NCBI GenBank assembly: GCA_017654855.1 | Contig: CM030332.1 | Coordinates: forward strand, 744,001 to 808,000 | DNA: 64,000 bases | Direction: 5' to 3' | DNA from: Podospora anserina | Taxonomy: Eukaryota | In this document: piece by piece, positions 26,200 through 38,865 of the stretch | Position numbering within the stretch: position 1 is the first letter of the stretch | Layout of the letters: each line of letters starts with the position of its first letter | Notes under the pieces: model-generated | Told to the model about the DNA's origin: nothing | The model's database searches: none | The model's input: the letters and a program-made list of their open reading frames with translations, nothing else | Position numbers and translations under genes: made by a program

Positions 26200-26882
26200 A
26201 TCCTTCCATCATAAACGAAAGCCAGCATTTCATCTTTCATGGGTCCGACACCTACCACCTTCCACACTCCCATAAGGCTCCAAAATCCCTCTGCAGCTTG
26301 CTGACCGGGTTAGTAGTGGTTTCGAAACGATGTCCACTCTCCTCCTTCTCCTCCTCCACCCCGAAATTGGGTTTCTGTTTGACCCCGTACGTATGTACTT
26401 TTGCCATCTATCCACCAACAGCTTTTGTCCAGCTGCGAAGATTCTTTACGAACTGTCCAATGTTTGTTACTTGGCCATTCTGTCGGCCCATGCCGGCCCG
26501 CAGAGAGCTCATTTCGGGGTTTTCGATGGCGAAGATTATTCGGGTCGTCCTCGGCGTAAGATAGGTGAGGTTGGTGTAGTAGGGGGTTTTGATGGGGTGG
26601 GTGAGGAGTGGTATGTATGAACATAACTTCTTGACCAGGTTGGCCTACCTTGGGGGTTTGTTGTAGAATTCCTGGTTCAGAGGGTTGTCGACGCTGCGGG
26701 AGAGGTTTGAAGCTTGACCACCCGGAGGAGGAATGTGTATCCCCCCCCCCCCATGGTAGTAGTGCGGATGATTAGTAGGTCTCTGGTGTTTGGGAACTGG
26801 GTTTGAGCAAAGGCATTGTTGCTCAAGAGGGAGGCAAGTGCCGAGGGTATCAGTTTGCCGAGGATATCAGTTGGAATTTCAT
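26200..26882 (-). pseudogene. Probable pseudogene of a small secreted protein
   Basis: ATG 26882 gives the signal peptide MKFQLIPSALASLLSNNAFA once one copy of a 17-bp tandem duplication (26839-26872) is removed. G12 run and two in-frame TAG codons downstream. 3' limit approximate. Confidence 0.45.
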
Positions 26883-27733
26883 CTTGAAACGGTTGCAGGG
26901 TAGGTATCTGGCTTCAGGTGAGTGATATTAGGCTGGATGTAGTCATCAGCAAGCGTATATATCTTTCATGGACGTAGGTGTCGAATGATGTTTAGAGGTT
27001 GGAATTTGGCCAATGTTGTTATTTCATCCCCTCTCTCGTCCCGGCCTTGCCCGTGATATCAGAACATTTGAAGTTCGAATCATCGTCCCCATGCCGAGTC
27101 GAATATGTATAAAGTATACACGCATATCATCGATCTGATGCAACTGTCTCTCAGCCTAGTCCAACAAGAACTTGACATTAGTGTTACTCTAAGTATGCCT
27201 GCAACTTGGGCATACCTTAAAGACTTTATCAAGGCAGATGTCAATGAGCAGAAACTCGTGACCTTGATCCCAGCTCGTAATTATATGTACAAAATTATGA
27301 CACGGCGCGCAAAGTATCACCAAGCGCTGTTGTCTGTATATACAAGGGCGGCCTTGAAGACCTCTCAATCAATACCACCACCCAAAATCGTTCCGTTGCC
27401 TAGGAAGGGAAGATGATTTGTTTTTCCTTGCAGGATTATAGGTTGGCGTACTCCCCCCTACCATTCCCTTTCTTCAGCCCGGCCAAATATGCCAAACTAT
27501 ATTCCTGGCAAACACACGCGCCGCGCCGTGTGATATCCAAAGTTTACTCGTCAGACTCTATCCACATCAATCCTGTGATATTCAACGTGAGCCCAACGTC
27601 CTCGCATATCACCCAAGGACCCAAAACAACAAACAGGATTCAACCAGCCTTTAACCCCCCCCCATATACCATCCCATTATCCAACTCTTTATGTTAACCC
27701 CCCTTCCCCACCCCATTCCCAGTTTGATCCCCT

Positions 27734-28498
27734 TCAACTAAACAAAAACTCCCTCACCACCGGCGCCCCACTAAACTCAGGATTCAACAGTATACAATTC
27801 AAAAAATACTGCAGCCCCCCCCTCCTCTTCTCCAAAAACCCAGTCTTAAACCTCTTGACCAAACTCTTCGGCGGCAACTCCGGCACCGCAGCCTCAAACC
27901 CAGGAAACGTCATGATCAACTTTTTTCTCAAATCATCAAACTCGCTGTATCGCTTCCTAATATTTATCCTCGGCCCTTCTAGCGTCTCTACCGAAATATT
28001 CCAGACTGTGAAAGCCCCGATGTTGGTCGAGGAAGTGTTGATCGTGATGTAATCCGTTATTGTCACCGATCTCGCCCAGCAGGAGCGGTTGCGGTCTTGA
28101 GGCGTGGTTGGGGATGTGGATGGGAAGTGGTAGGAGGGGAGGTCGGATTCGTTGTCTTGGAGGGTTATCGCCCCGGGTGGGAGGACGGATTCGATGGAGG
28201 CGGTGGATAAAGGGCGGAGACCGTTCGAGGCAGGGTGGTTTGGGGGGTGGGATGTTGAGTGCCAGTATGGAGGGGAGGTTACAGTCACGGTGTCGTGGTT
28301 GGAGGAGGAGGTTGTGGAGGCTACATCGTCGCCGTCGTCGTCGTCGTCGTCGTCGAATAGGGGGTTACGTCGGGGAGGTGCTTGGCCGTTGGTTGCCACA
28401 GACATGTTTGCTAGCGATTCGGATTTATTGCTGTCGAGTATTGCTGCTTGCGCCGGCTCATGTTGCGCCTGGGCGCGGTGCTCGTTCTCGGATGCCAT
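27734..28498 (-). CDS. YPT35: PX (phox homology) domain protein, Ypt35-like
   Basis: Single 254-aa ORF; C-terminal PX domain with IRKRYSEFDDLR, PELPPK and FLEKRRGGLQYFLNCILLNPEF. Confidence 0.85.
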   Translation of the reverse strand: MASENEHRAQAQHEPAQAAILDSNKSESLANMSVATNGQAPPRRNPLFDDDDDDDGDDVASTTSSSNHDTVTVTSPPYWHSTSHPPNHPASNGLRPLSTASIESVLPPGAITLQDNESDLPSYHFPSTSPTTPQDRNRSCWARSVTITDYITINTSSTNIGAFTVWNISVETLEGPRINIRKRYSEFDDLRKKLIMTFPGFEAAVPELPPKSLVKRFKTGFLEKRRGGLQYFLNCILLNPEFSGAPVVREFLFS

Positions 28499-29872
28499 GT
28501 AGCTAATTTAGGAGGTGCTACCTTATCGGTTGAAGCCCAAGAGTTCAAGCTGAAGGCGAGAGCAATATGCGCTCCAAGGTGAGGGGCGTGCGACACCGGC
28601 AGTTACTGGAAAGTTGGGGATGACGGCAGTGCAGTCTTGGGGTCTTGGGGTCTTTGGATAGAGTTTGCGACTTGGATGCGATGCGATGCGATGCAATGCG
28701 ACGCGCTGGTTCTTGTGTGGGATGCTTGATGTCAAGGATAGCTTTACAGAAAAAGACAGCGGGATCAAGGCTGGCGGTAGGCAATATAACAACAGTATTG
28801 TAGGTAGGCTGAAAGCTAAAGGTATTCGTGTTACAAAGATGTTGCTCAAGAGAGAACAATCAAAAAGACCTGTCGCACAGTCCACGCAGACTCAACGGTT
28901 TGTCGTCATGGGTCGAAACCCCTACTAGTTGCCCCACAAACCCAAGCGGGACAAGGATCATACAGTGCGCCTTCAATACCATAGGACTGTGCTACTTACA
29001 TTAGGTTAAAATATCAGTCTAGGTTAACCTTCACAATATCTTTTTATTATCTATTAGAAAGAAATTGGGCAAGAAGGAACATAGTCAATCTCAAAAAAAA
29101 AGATAGAAGTATAAAAATGCGAAAAAGCTCACTGACACCTCTCCAATGTTTTGGAAGGGTGTCAGCTACGAAAACCCTGTAGGTTTGCAGTTTGGTTTTT
29201 TAATTTGGTTTCTTTTTATTTTCCTTTGAGTTACCGCCATCCTGGCTGGCAGTATGGGGTTGTTTTTTATTATCACCACTGACCCTTTCAGGGCAGGGGA
29301 CAATTTCTTTAGAATCCCTTCTTCAGCTGGGCTAAGAGGGGTGTTATTCTTGCTCTTGCTCAGCATCATGTCATCTCAATGAGGATGACAGAGTAGAGAG
29401 AGCCCTTGATTCTTAGGCCATGTCTGCTCACAGTTGTATAGTATCAGATATGGCATCGGTCCTCGGTTTCTTGCAGATATGGCGTCAGTGCCCGGTTTCT
29501 TGTTGCTTGTGCTCGCTCGTTGAGATCAGATCCATCTGATGAGGGCAACGGACCCATTTGATCCTGAAATGACCCGCCCTGGAGTCGAACCTGAACTCTA
29601 GAGCGGTCAGGACCTCTTTTCTTATCCCGTCCATTAAGTCATAGGACCATGGAGGGGTTGCCATTTGTTGACGGAAAGTGTTCCTCAACTCGGTTGTATG
29701 AACTGTGGGCTCGCTCCTTCCCAGATATCTCACGGCAGGAGCAACAGTCCCAAGCAACCAGCCCCAAGCCAGACCAGTGACGACCGCACCAACACCGTGA
29801 ATGCAGGGCTCTCTATTCACCGACATATCAGCTCTCAATTCTTGTTTTTGTGCAAGGTATCATCATGGGCAT

Positions 29873-31067
29873 CTAGAGCTCGTCCTTCACAAAATACCTA
29901 CCCTTCTCATCTTCCGTTCCCGGCACCACACCCTCAAAGTGTCCCTCCAAATCCATCCACTCTCCCACAAATCCAGCCACAATCTTTGCCCAATCCTTCA
30001 CCGTGGCCACATCCAAGTTCTTGACGTCATCATCCATGGTGTGCCACACCCTAGGAAACGGCGTTGGGATAATGTGCAAGATATCCTCCACCCCCCTCCT
30101 CAAGAACGGCACATGGTCATCCTCGACATACCCGGCAAAGTTCCAGTTCGATCTCTCGGAGTCATGAAGAAACCTTCCCGCCTTTGGCTCCGATTCCAAC
30201 AACTTCAACCCTCTCAACCTCTCTTCCACCTTGGCCATGTTCTGATACGCCCAATGAGTCTTCCCAAAGAAACTCGGCACCGTCGGATCCGCCGCCCCCA
30301 ACAAATCCAACAACACAAACAAACTAATCGTATCAAGCCTCGAACTCCCATCCTCATACCTTTCATTCTGCCAATCCTCCGCCAAAGCCCTATCTTCACG
30401 TCAGCCACATCCCCCTTCCCCCCTTTAGTATCACTCACCTGCTCCCATAAAGACTATCCTCCCCACTCCACTGCACCCAAGCCTCCTCCCCATCAAAAAG
30501 CACAACCTGCACCCCCTTCCCCCTCTCCAACCCATCATCCTCCCACTCCCCCCACCTCTTCCCCATCGCCCCATCCAGTTCCTTCAACACCCACAACAAC
30601 ACCGCACAAGGCACCGCACTGTCCACCGCCCCTATAAACCCCTCCGGCCGATACAAACTATCATAGTGCGCCGCCAGCGTCAACCTCTCCATCTCCCCTT
30701 CCCTTTCCCTCGTCATCCCGGGCGGATCCCTCCTGATGATCAAGTTCTGAAACGGCACCAGCTTCTCCCCCGTTGCCGGCGTTTTTGACGTCGAGTTATG
30801 CCACTCTATTGTCCACTCCGGCGACAGGTTAGACTTGATGTAATTAATAAAATGCGCCTGAACAGCCGCGTGTCCTGGCGTTCCCGGGACGCGGGGGATC
30901 AAGATTGGTGAGAGGAGGGAGCCATCGAACGGGTCCAGTTCCGACGGCGATGACGCCGAAAGGGGGGAGGATATATGCCGGAGTGTGTCGTCCGAGAGTG
31001 TGGTATATCCTGCCGTTGTGCCCCCGAGAAAGGGCAACAAGAGATGGGATAGCGTGAGGCGTGTCAT
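29873..31067 (-). CDS. Glutaminyl-peptide cyclotransferase (peptidase M28 family), secretory pathway, C-terminal KDEL
   Basis: Signal peptide from ATG 31067; motifs PRVPGT, AAHYDS, GAVDSAVPC, FDGEEA, SLYGSR, LLDLLG, EDDHVPF, WHTMDD. One intron, about 30439-30391. Confidence 0.92.
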
Positions 31068-31936
31068 CTTGACAGGTGGTGGTGAGAGCAACAACAGTTG
31101 ATGATGATGATGATGACAACGCGGAAGGAATGGGCTGGATGGGGTGAGCAGATGCTTGAATCGGTGCTATCGAATCCGCATTGTATGTCCCCTCATCGTG
31201 CTAAAAAAAAAAAAAAAAAAGCGGTCCGAATCTCAAGCTCAGCAGAGGACTATATATATGAGTCTGAAGCACTCAGTTATGGAAAGGTGTCGAGAGCAGC
31301 CGTCAGCTTCCCCGGCTCTTACCCCTAACCGTTAGTGACCCCTGCACACGCCCAACGCAGGGGGGGGTCAAGCACAGTGTGGGGAAGGTCCACGGTCTCC
31401 ATCCAACCTCCAGGTTCACCCGCTTGGCACTCCCCAACGTTTATCATATCAATCTTATCTTTCATCCATACCCATATCATTCATTCATTTGTCTTCTCTT
31501 CTAACTCTTTAATCTCTATGGAAATCCAGCGTAGTTGATTCGCTGTTACTACTATGTACATTAAAAACGATTAATAAACCTCTCGCTATCTACTACGACA
31601 CAACGACAACAACCCGACCTGCTTCGAGCAGCACATCTAGAAATCCCATCCAGGTATATATGCAGAGAAGTTACTCCAGGCCCTCTCCAGAGGATATCGC
31701 CAAGAACCGTTACCCCTTGACCGTTGAGGCATGGGCTTAAACGCCATCATGACAGACAACACACGCAAAAACGCCATGCTAGGATGCAATGCAATGCCAA
31801 CCACCTTTTTAGAAAGTCAAATCCCAGCCCACGACCGACCCGCTGCTAACGAAGACAGTCCTGCTCTTCTTCCCGATCCCGATGCATATGAAGGTTTCAT
31901 TCTTCTCTACTACTCCTCATGCTTTCTCCCTCTCAA

Positions 31937-33448
31937 TTAATCCTTCTTTGGCGCAAGCCCGTTGATGATACCGGCTGCCTTTCTCTTGTTCTCCATCTGC
32001 TTTTCGTAAGGAATGGTCAAGCAGTTGATGCCCAAAAAGTTGCAAATGCTCGTCGTGACGAGATAAGCCCAGCGGAAGTAGACAATCGCCGCAAAGCCCA
32101 AGTAAGACACCAGGTACATGTGTTCATACTCCGCTGAGACGGCCGGAAGTCCAATGCGAGGAAGGTTGGCCATGACGGCGCCACCAACAAGCGGCCACAG
32201 CATGACGGTCCAGTAGGGGAATGGCTGCTTGGTAAGGTGTGCAAGAATCATTTTGGTCGTCATGCGGCCAAAGACGAAGCTCATGATGATGCAGAAAAGA
32301 ACGAGGTGGTTGTCGGTGCGGATGTACGAGTATGGGCTGTAGACCCAGGCGCCGATGCTAAAGGTGAAGATGGCCATGGGGGTCCATTCGAGGAAGACGG
32401 GAGCCACGGGCTGGCCGCGAGCTCTCCGAGCCTTGACGACGTTCAAAACGCAAAACGGAATGTGGGTGGCCAGCAGCGAGAAGATGATCAGTCCCACCCA
32501 GATGTCCCGGATCGACAGGTCGCCAATAGTGTCTTTTGTCAAACCTAGGTTACTAAGTAGGTAGACACGACCCTCGGCGAGATCAACCAGCGGTTCGGTC
32601 CAAACAGCCGGTCCATAAATCCCAGACAGGATCATGAACATGCAGGCAAGCAGGAGTCCTTCAGTCGGTCCGTTGATGACTCCGAGATAGAGGGTGTGCG
32701 TGTGGTAGGTCTCCCATGTCGAGAAGAACATGGGCAGGCAAGGTACGAGAGCGGTGAAGACACCAGACTTGGAGGTCCCGAGACCCATTGCGGCGGTTTC
32801 CAACAAGCTGGCCAAGGTGCAGTTCAAGCTGTCAATGCCGTGGTCGAAGAGCTCTCCCAGTCCGCTGGATGTGCCGGTACGTCTCGCTTGTTTGCCGTCC
32901 ACGTTGTCGAAAGTCTGGTACATGAAGAGACCGAGCGCAAAGCTGAAGTATAACCATGTTGGGCCCTGAAAAGCGTCAGCTCGTGTTTCCCACACCCAGT
33001 GCCTTGGAAAGTATCTCACAGGTCCCACGAGATCCGGCATATAGATGACCAAAAGGGCGACATTAATCAAGATGCAAAAGAAGCCTAGAAGGGTCACCAT
33101 GTTTGGGGCGACCCATAATGGCAGAACCTCCACAAACGCATTCCACTACAAGGTCTCAGTCTAGTATTCTCGTCGGAGGCGGGGCATAGAGCGCATACCC
33201 AGTGCTTGAGGACATAGTTTGATATGGGGGACTTGTCGACGGCGGAATATTTGTAGTATTTTAGGTGGATGAGTGCTTCTTCGGAAACACACTCGGCAGC
33301 GGCCCTTCCTGTTGCACAGATTCCATCGCCGTCAGCCACATCGTCTTCTTCGGAGCAAGATCGCGGGGGAAGCACAAATGCAGGTATGGGGAGTCAATGC
33401 AAAGGTGGGGCAAAGGGGGTTGCGCGCACTGCTGCTGTCTAGTACCAT
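31937..33448 (-). CDS. sn-1,2-diacylglycerol choline/ethanolamine phosphotransferase (CDP-alcohol phosphotransferase, CPT1/EPT1 family); 5' end uncertain
   Basis: LKYYKYSAVDKS, WVAPNMVTL and the CDP-alcohol motif DNVDGKQARRTGTSSGLGELFDHGID; multiple TM helices. Introns near 33199-33148 and 33019-32966. Start codon unresolved. Confidence 0.9.
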
Positions 33449-34625
33449 GGTGTCGGTCAACCTCCCTGAAAGGGGATTGATTACGCTCCAAGGGCTGCGA
33501 TTAAGGTGTATGGCTGGTACAAAGAAGCCGTTTCGAAAAATACAACCGCGACGGTAGTTTAGAGGTATGTTTCTTAGGATCGGTGCCGGTTCGGTGATAG
33601 GGTACTCGTGGCCGTTGATAGGAAAATGAAGGAAAAATCAACAAGTCAAGAGACGGCGGCTGCCACCAACTACTTTGTCAAGATACCGGGAGCAAGGTTT
33701 GGTCGGCGGTCGGAGGTCGGTGGACGGGATTTGCTCGTTTATCAAGCCCGGGTCCAGTGAAGGGGTCCACTTGAGCAAAAGGTAGTCCAGGAAATAGCAG
33801 CACTTTGTAGGCGCCGGTCTCTTCAGTTGTTGAGAGACAACGCTGGTGTCGTTGCGAATCAAATCTCAACAGACTGCTCTCTGCCAGCTGGTTTGAAGGG
33901 TCTGCCCCACTCGCTTGAGATTTGAATTTTTGCACGTGAAAATTGGCAGGCGGTGAGGCTGCAGTGAGTGAAATGAGGGCATCTGCCGCTGCATGGAGGA
34001 CGGATGACGAGCTTCATGTTTACTCTGTGCAACACGGCTCGTGGATCTTTGTGAGAGTTCAGCGTTTGTGTTTCAAGACGTGTTTGTTCCTGGAATTCCC
34101 GAGTCAGAATCGAAAGATGTGCGTGGATGAGTGCAAGTGGCTGTGTGAACATCACACATGGGATGAAGAGCCAGACCTTCAGATGAAACAATCACCCGAC
34201 TAAAAGACGGCAATAAGAGGTACCAGCCGTTATGCCTCGAGCCTGCTGACATTAGAGTGAGTCGAGTTATACACCTGCGTGGGAAACAGCAGCAATGCGG
34301 TACTGTGTAACCAGACCCTTGATTTGTGAAACGAACTGTCCAATGCCAAAAAAATAAAAAAGGATTCACCTATCAAAATTCTCCAAACGACCAATGAATT
34401 GTAGTGTAGTAGTTTAGACATTAAGGATATTAAACACCTCCCATCGCACCTTCCTGGAACCCCTTTTAAGTATGTTCCTGGTTCCTAGGCTCAGCTCCTT
34501 CCACCGTCAACGCACAACTTCTTCCTATACACATCAACCCCAACCAACACCAACAGCAAACCAGAGAAACCGCTTTTTATATTCCTGAAGCACGCATTTT
34601 ACCAGACCACGCCAATTGTCGGTCT

Positions 34626-35324
34626 CTAAAGAAGCAAAGTGAAGCCAGCAAACAGACCAGTGGCAACAACAGCGAGACCATAGGCATTGCCGAGCGCGAG
34701 AGCACCAGCGCCGCTTCCTGGTCTGCCGTTGTTGTTCTGGGTACCATCGCCGAAGCCGTCCGCAATTCCATCAGTTGGGGTCGCCGTCTCCTCAGCCGCC
34801 GAGGTGGTCGCCGTCTTGGTCTCGTTGACACGGCTGGGGTTCTGGGCACCGCAAGGATGTTCCTCACGGCAAGCAGCAGAGCACAGGTTGTTGGTGCCGC
34901 AGTCCTTCACGCACTGAGTGCCCCAAGCTGTGCACACGTGGTAGGGGAGGGTGAGGGTGTACTCGGACATGTTTGGTTGCTTGTTGTCGCTGCAGAGGCA
35001 GCCGTAATTCAGGGTTTCCTACACGGTTTTGTCAGCGCCGAAAGCTCGTACGATCGAGTCAGCCCAGGCCACATACAGGATCGCAGTCGTTGACGAGGGG
35101 CTGGCCAACACTGGTTTGACGGCAAATGGTTGGGCAAGTGCTCCTTTGGTCGTTGCACCAGGCCTCTGCAAATTTTACCTGGTAAGCATGTCTCCCGACA
35201 GCAATTACTTCGCGTTAAACATACTTCTGGCAGAGAGAGGGATGGTATTTGGGTCGATCACGTAGTCGGCTGAGACGGTGACGGCGGCGGCAAAGGCCAG
35301 GACGGTTGTTCGGAAGTTGACCAT
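34626..35324 (-). CDS. Small Cys-rich, probably GPI-anchored cell-surface protein (3 exons)
   Basis: Signal peptide MVNFRTTVLAFAAAVTVSA; spliced WCNDQRSTCPTIC..NDCDPETLNYGCLC..LPYHVC..CVKDC..CSAACREEHPCG; Thr-rich linker; hydrophobic C-terminal tail. Confidence 0.85.
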
Positions 35325-37825
35325 TGTGACTGAGGAGCTCAAGGAAACACGCTGGTAAGATGCGAAGGGATGCTGGAGCAAGATGGCGGTCTGAATGAGG
35401 TTATGTTTAGCAATTGATCGGAAGAACACAACAGGGCCGACGTCGCCACGGCCACGGGGTCCGCATTCCAGTGGAAAGGTGAGGTCAAGTCTTACAGCTG
35501 CGGTGGATCCGAGACCTGAGGAAAAGGAGAAGGCGTGGACGGTGACTCGTAATATTAACGGCGTTCTAGGAGATTAAAGCACCGGTTGCGACGAGGAGAG
35601 GCGGCCAAAATATACGAACGAGGGCAAGAATACAAACAATTCCCAGAGACGTGAGTGCTCTTAGCGAGTGACAGCACACAGCTCTTTTAAAGGGATCGGG
35701 AACGAAAGACAGTCCGCAGATGGAGATGGGGATGGCATAACAGGAAGGAAAACGCGACCGAGATTCAGTAAAAAGGGCCCCAGCGACCCCAGACCCACGA
35801 TGGACTATCTAGGCCGTGGCTGGCCCCAAGGTCACAGAGGATTGGTCCCCTTGGCAGCTTAATCACCCGCCAAAGCCGTTGATAGGTTTAGACCGGCCAT
35901 CCCTGTCGGGCATGTTCTTTGTTATTGTCGCAGGGATCAGCAGCCCGAGCACTCGCAACAAGCCGAACACAGAGGAGAAAAACTTCCAATTGGGCCACCG
36001 CAATTGAATACTGGGGGAGCTCTGTGGCACAGATTGACCACTTTTGGGAGAGCTGTCTCGGGCGACGCAACATCACCATCAACACACCGCTGAAAAGTGT
36101 CGACGTTTCTGTCATTCATCGAAAAGCCGATGGTTCGACTACACTAGAAGGGCAGCTCGGCTCCACCGTCTCAGCGGACTGAACGCCCCGAGGACAGGCA
36201 ACGGCTCGTCCGATGCAGTGCCATTCCTTGATACCAAGCAAGGCTCATATGTCCGAATCCATGTTATGTTGCGTTTTCGTGCGGCACCTCCAAATACATG
36301 GATGCATCCGAATCTGTGCCCCTCACAGTGGAAGCAAGCAACTTCTAAAACGGAAGCAGAAATCCGAAGCCCTAGGCGGCCCATGATCTTAGCGTTATGT
36401 GTGCACTTTGCCTTCACTTTTTGCCAGTCCTCCGTGTCAAATCTGTCAGTTGCCATCCGATCAAGTGAAGCTTTCCTGCCACTCTTTTTCTTCAGCATCG
36501 TCTGTGTTATCTGTCAGTGCTTCAGCTGATCTGCTCTCATTGCTATACGAGAGAGCTTTGGTCATGGAAAAACCACGAGGTCTATCACCTCAGTTTGCCC
36601 CTCATGTTCTAGAATCTCTTGATATCCAACCTCGATGGTCACCCACACATCCATCCCCACGCCCCGCGCGCCCAGACTTCGTGTTTAAGTGCCGTGATCT
36701 GTGGCCAACACTAGGCAGGATCCTGGTGTGTTTGCATCTCGAGACTGACTCCCAATCGCTTTTGAGAGTATGCATATCTGCCTGCAGTAACCAGCCTGCA
36801 ACATGCCGGAAGTCCATGTTTCTCCATGCAAGACCACAACATAGATAGCCCCGCCTTGAACTGAACAGGAAGGCGGGGGATATTCCTGCCAGCCAATATA
36901 TCATGACTTTGCAAACAAAGGTTGGTCGGGCGGAGAGATAGCAAGCCCCGATGCACAAATTGATTGGTGTCTCGGACAGAGTTGCGTATGCCTCCGTTCA
37001 TGATATCGTCCACGGGCTTCAGGTTTTGCGTCAAATGGTATCGTATCGGGGGCCATCCACAAGTTGATCTCATGGACTATAAGTAAACCGAGGAATCGTA
37101 AATGGTCTTCCATTCGGTGTCTGGCTGCTTATACGGCCTGGAAACGATCACGAATGCTGTCGAACACCGAGCTTGCTCTTAATCCACCCACCAGAGAAAA
37201 ACTCGACCAATCAGCAACTGTGAGACGCTTGTGAGCAACCCATTTGGGAAAGTTTTTTTTGTTTGCGAGCAATATGACCGCCAAAGAATATTACAACATG
37301 TTGATTAACAGTCCTTGTGAGAATTAACTGCGTTTTGTAGACTACAGGGTTCATTCATAATGCATTGGTAGGAAAGATCATGCTGCAACATTGGACGGGG
37401 AAGTTCCAAGGCACAAGTGGGACACATTTATTCCCTCTGCGAGGACAATATTGCAACCGCCATGTTGTTGAATTCGAAGGCAAGACTCATACAGACGAAC
37501 TCTGACATTCATGATGGAGCAAAAAAGCAGAGAGAGGAATCCTTTACTTCCACGACGTTGAGCAACAAGACTCTTGGTCAATATCAATGTTGAATATTCC
37601 AGAAAAAGAAGGCGCACAGGCCACATCCCATCCGATTTCCCCGGTGTCTTGGCACTTGGCCGTAGCGCCGCGCATGGAGCATGGAGCTTGAACAAGTGTT
37701 CATTGAGGCACTGGAAGTGACAGCTCCAATTGCCATCATTAGCCTCGTCACCCAGTAAAGTTGCTTCACGCAACGACGGGCTGCACCGATTTACGACACA
37801 TTCCACATATATCCGATAGCCTATC

Positions 37826-38865
37826 ATGAGGTTCACACAATCATTTGCGCCAGCGCTTCTGCTCCTGGCTGGCGTCGCGCAGGCTACATCTTGGGGGTTC
37901 GATGATGGCAGCGTCTCAGTTGTCGCAAAGCGGGCTGGCGATGCTGGCAGCAAGGAGAGGTATACAATACCTTCAGAACGCCAAGTAAAGTTCCGCCGTA
38001 GAAAGCTAACACAAATCGTAGGTTCACCTCGAAGACACTCGTTACGAAGCCCCTCTCGCTCGGCAGCACCGATACACTAAAGATCAGCTTGACGGCAAAG
38101 GACAATGGTCAGGGGAAGCGCCCGCATCAAGCGTTTGTTATTCTCAAAGAGAAGGAGACTGGGCTTGAGGCTCCCTTCCCCTTGACGGTCAAGGAAAGTG
38201 GAAAGGCGGTCGCTTCAATTGTAAGGCAAATGGAAACATCGAGATTTCGACAACCAATGCTGACGAGGACCGGCATAGACTCACAAGGACCTTCCCGTCC
38301 AATTCCTGCACAGCGACGGACCCCTCGAGGCCTCGATTATCCTCGGCTCCTTCGGTTCCTCCAAGGCTCTTAATGCCCCCGTGTTCGATGTCAAGCTACA
38401 GAAGGACCCCAATGTCCCCCTCCCACCCTACGAGAAGCCCGTCCGCTATGGCAAGAAGGAGGAGATCCACCACATCTTCCGCGCTGATCCCACGAGCCCG
38501 CCAAAGGTGATTTCTATCTTCTTTGCGCTGTTTGTGCTTGCTACGGTTCCGGTTCTGTTCATCAGCGTAAGTCTTGTCTGCCATTGATCTAATTCAGACA
38601 GCCACTAATATCGAATTCAACACAGTGGATCTTCCTCGGCGCAAACCTCAACCACCTTTCCAAGGCCATTGGTGCCGCCCCAGTCTCACACGCCACCTTT
38701 TTTGGCTCTATCCTCGCCATGGAGGGTGTCTTCTTCCTCTACTATACCACCTGGAACCTCTTCCAGGCCCTGCCTGTCATTGGCGCTGTTGCTGTGGTCA
38801 CAATGCTGAGCGGTACCAAGGCACTGGGTGAGGTGCAGAGCAGGAGACTTGCCGGAGAGCGTTAA
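37826..38865 (+). CDS. SWP1: Oligosaccharyltransferase subunit ribophorin II / Swp1 (4 exons)
   Basis: Signal peptide; KRPHQAF, RYGKKEEIHHIFRADP, three C-terminal TM helices, ends GTKALGEVQSRRLAGER. Three canonical introns. Confidence 0.9.

Noticed and set aside
29537-29595. TGATGA..CTGA pair suggesting a C/D snoRNA
   Set aside because: Imperfect C box, no terminal stem and no recognisable rRNA guide.
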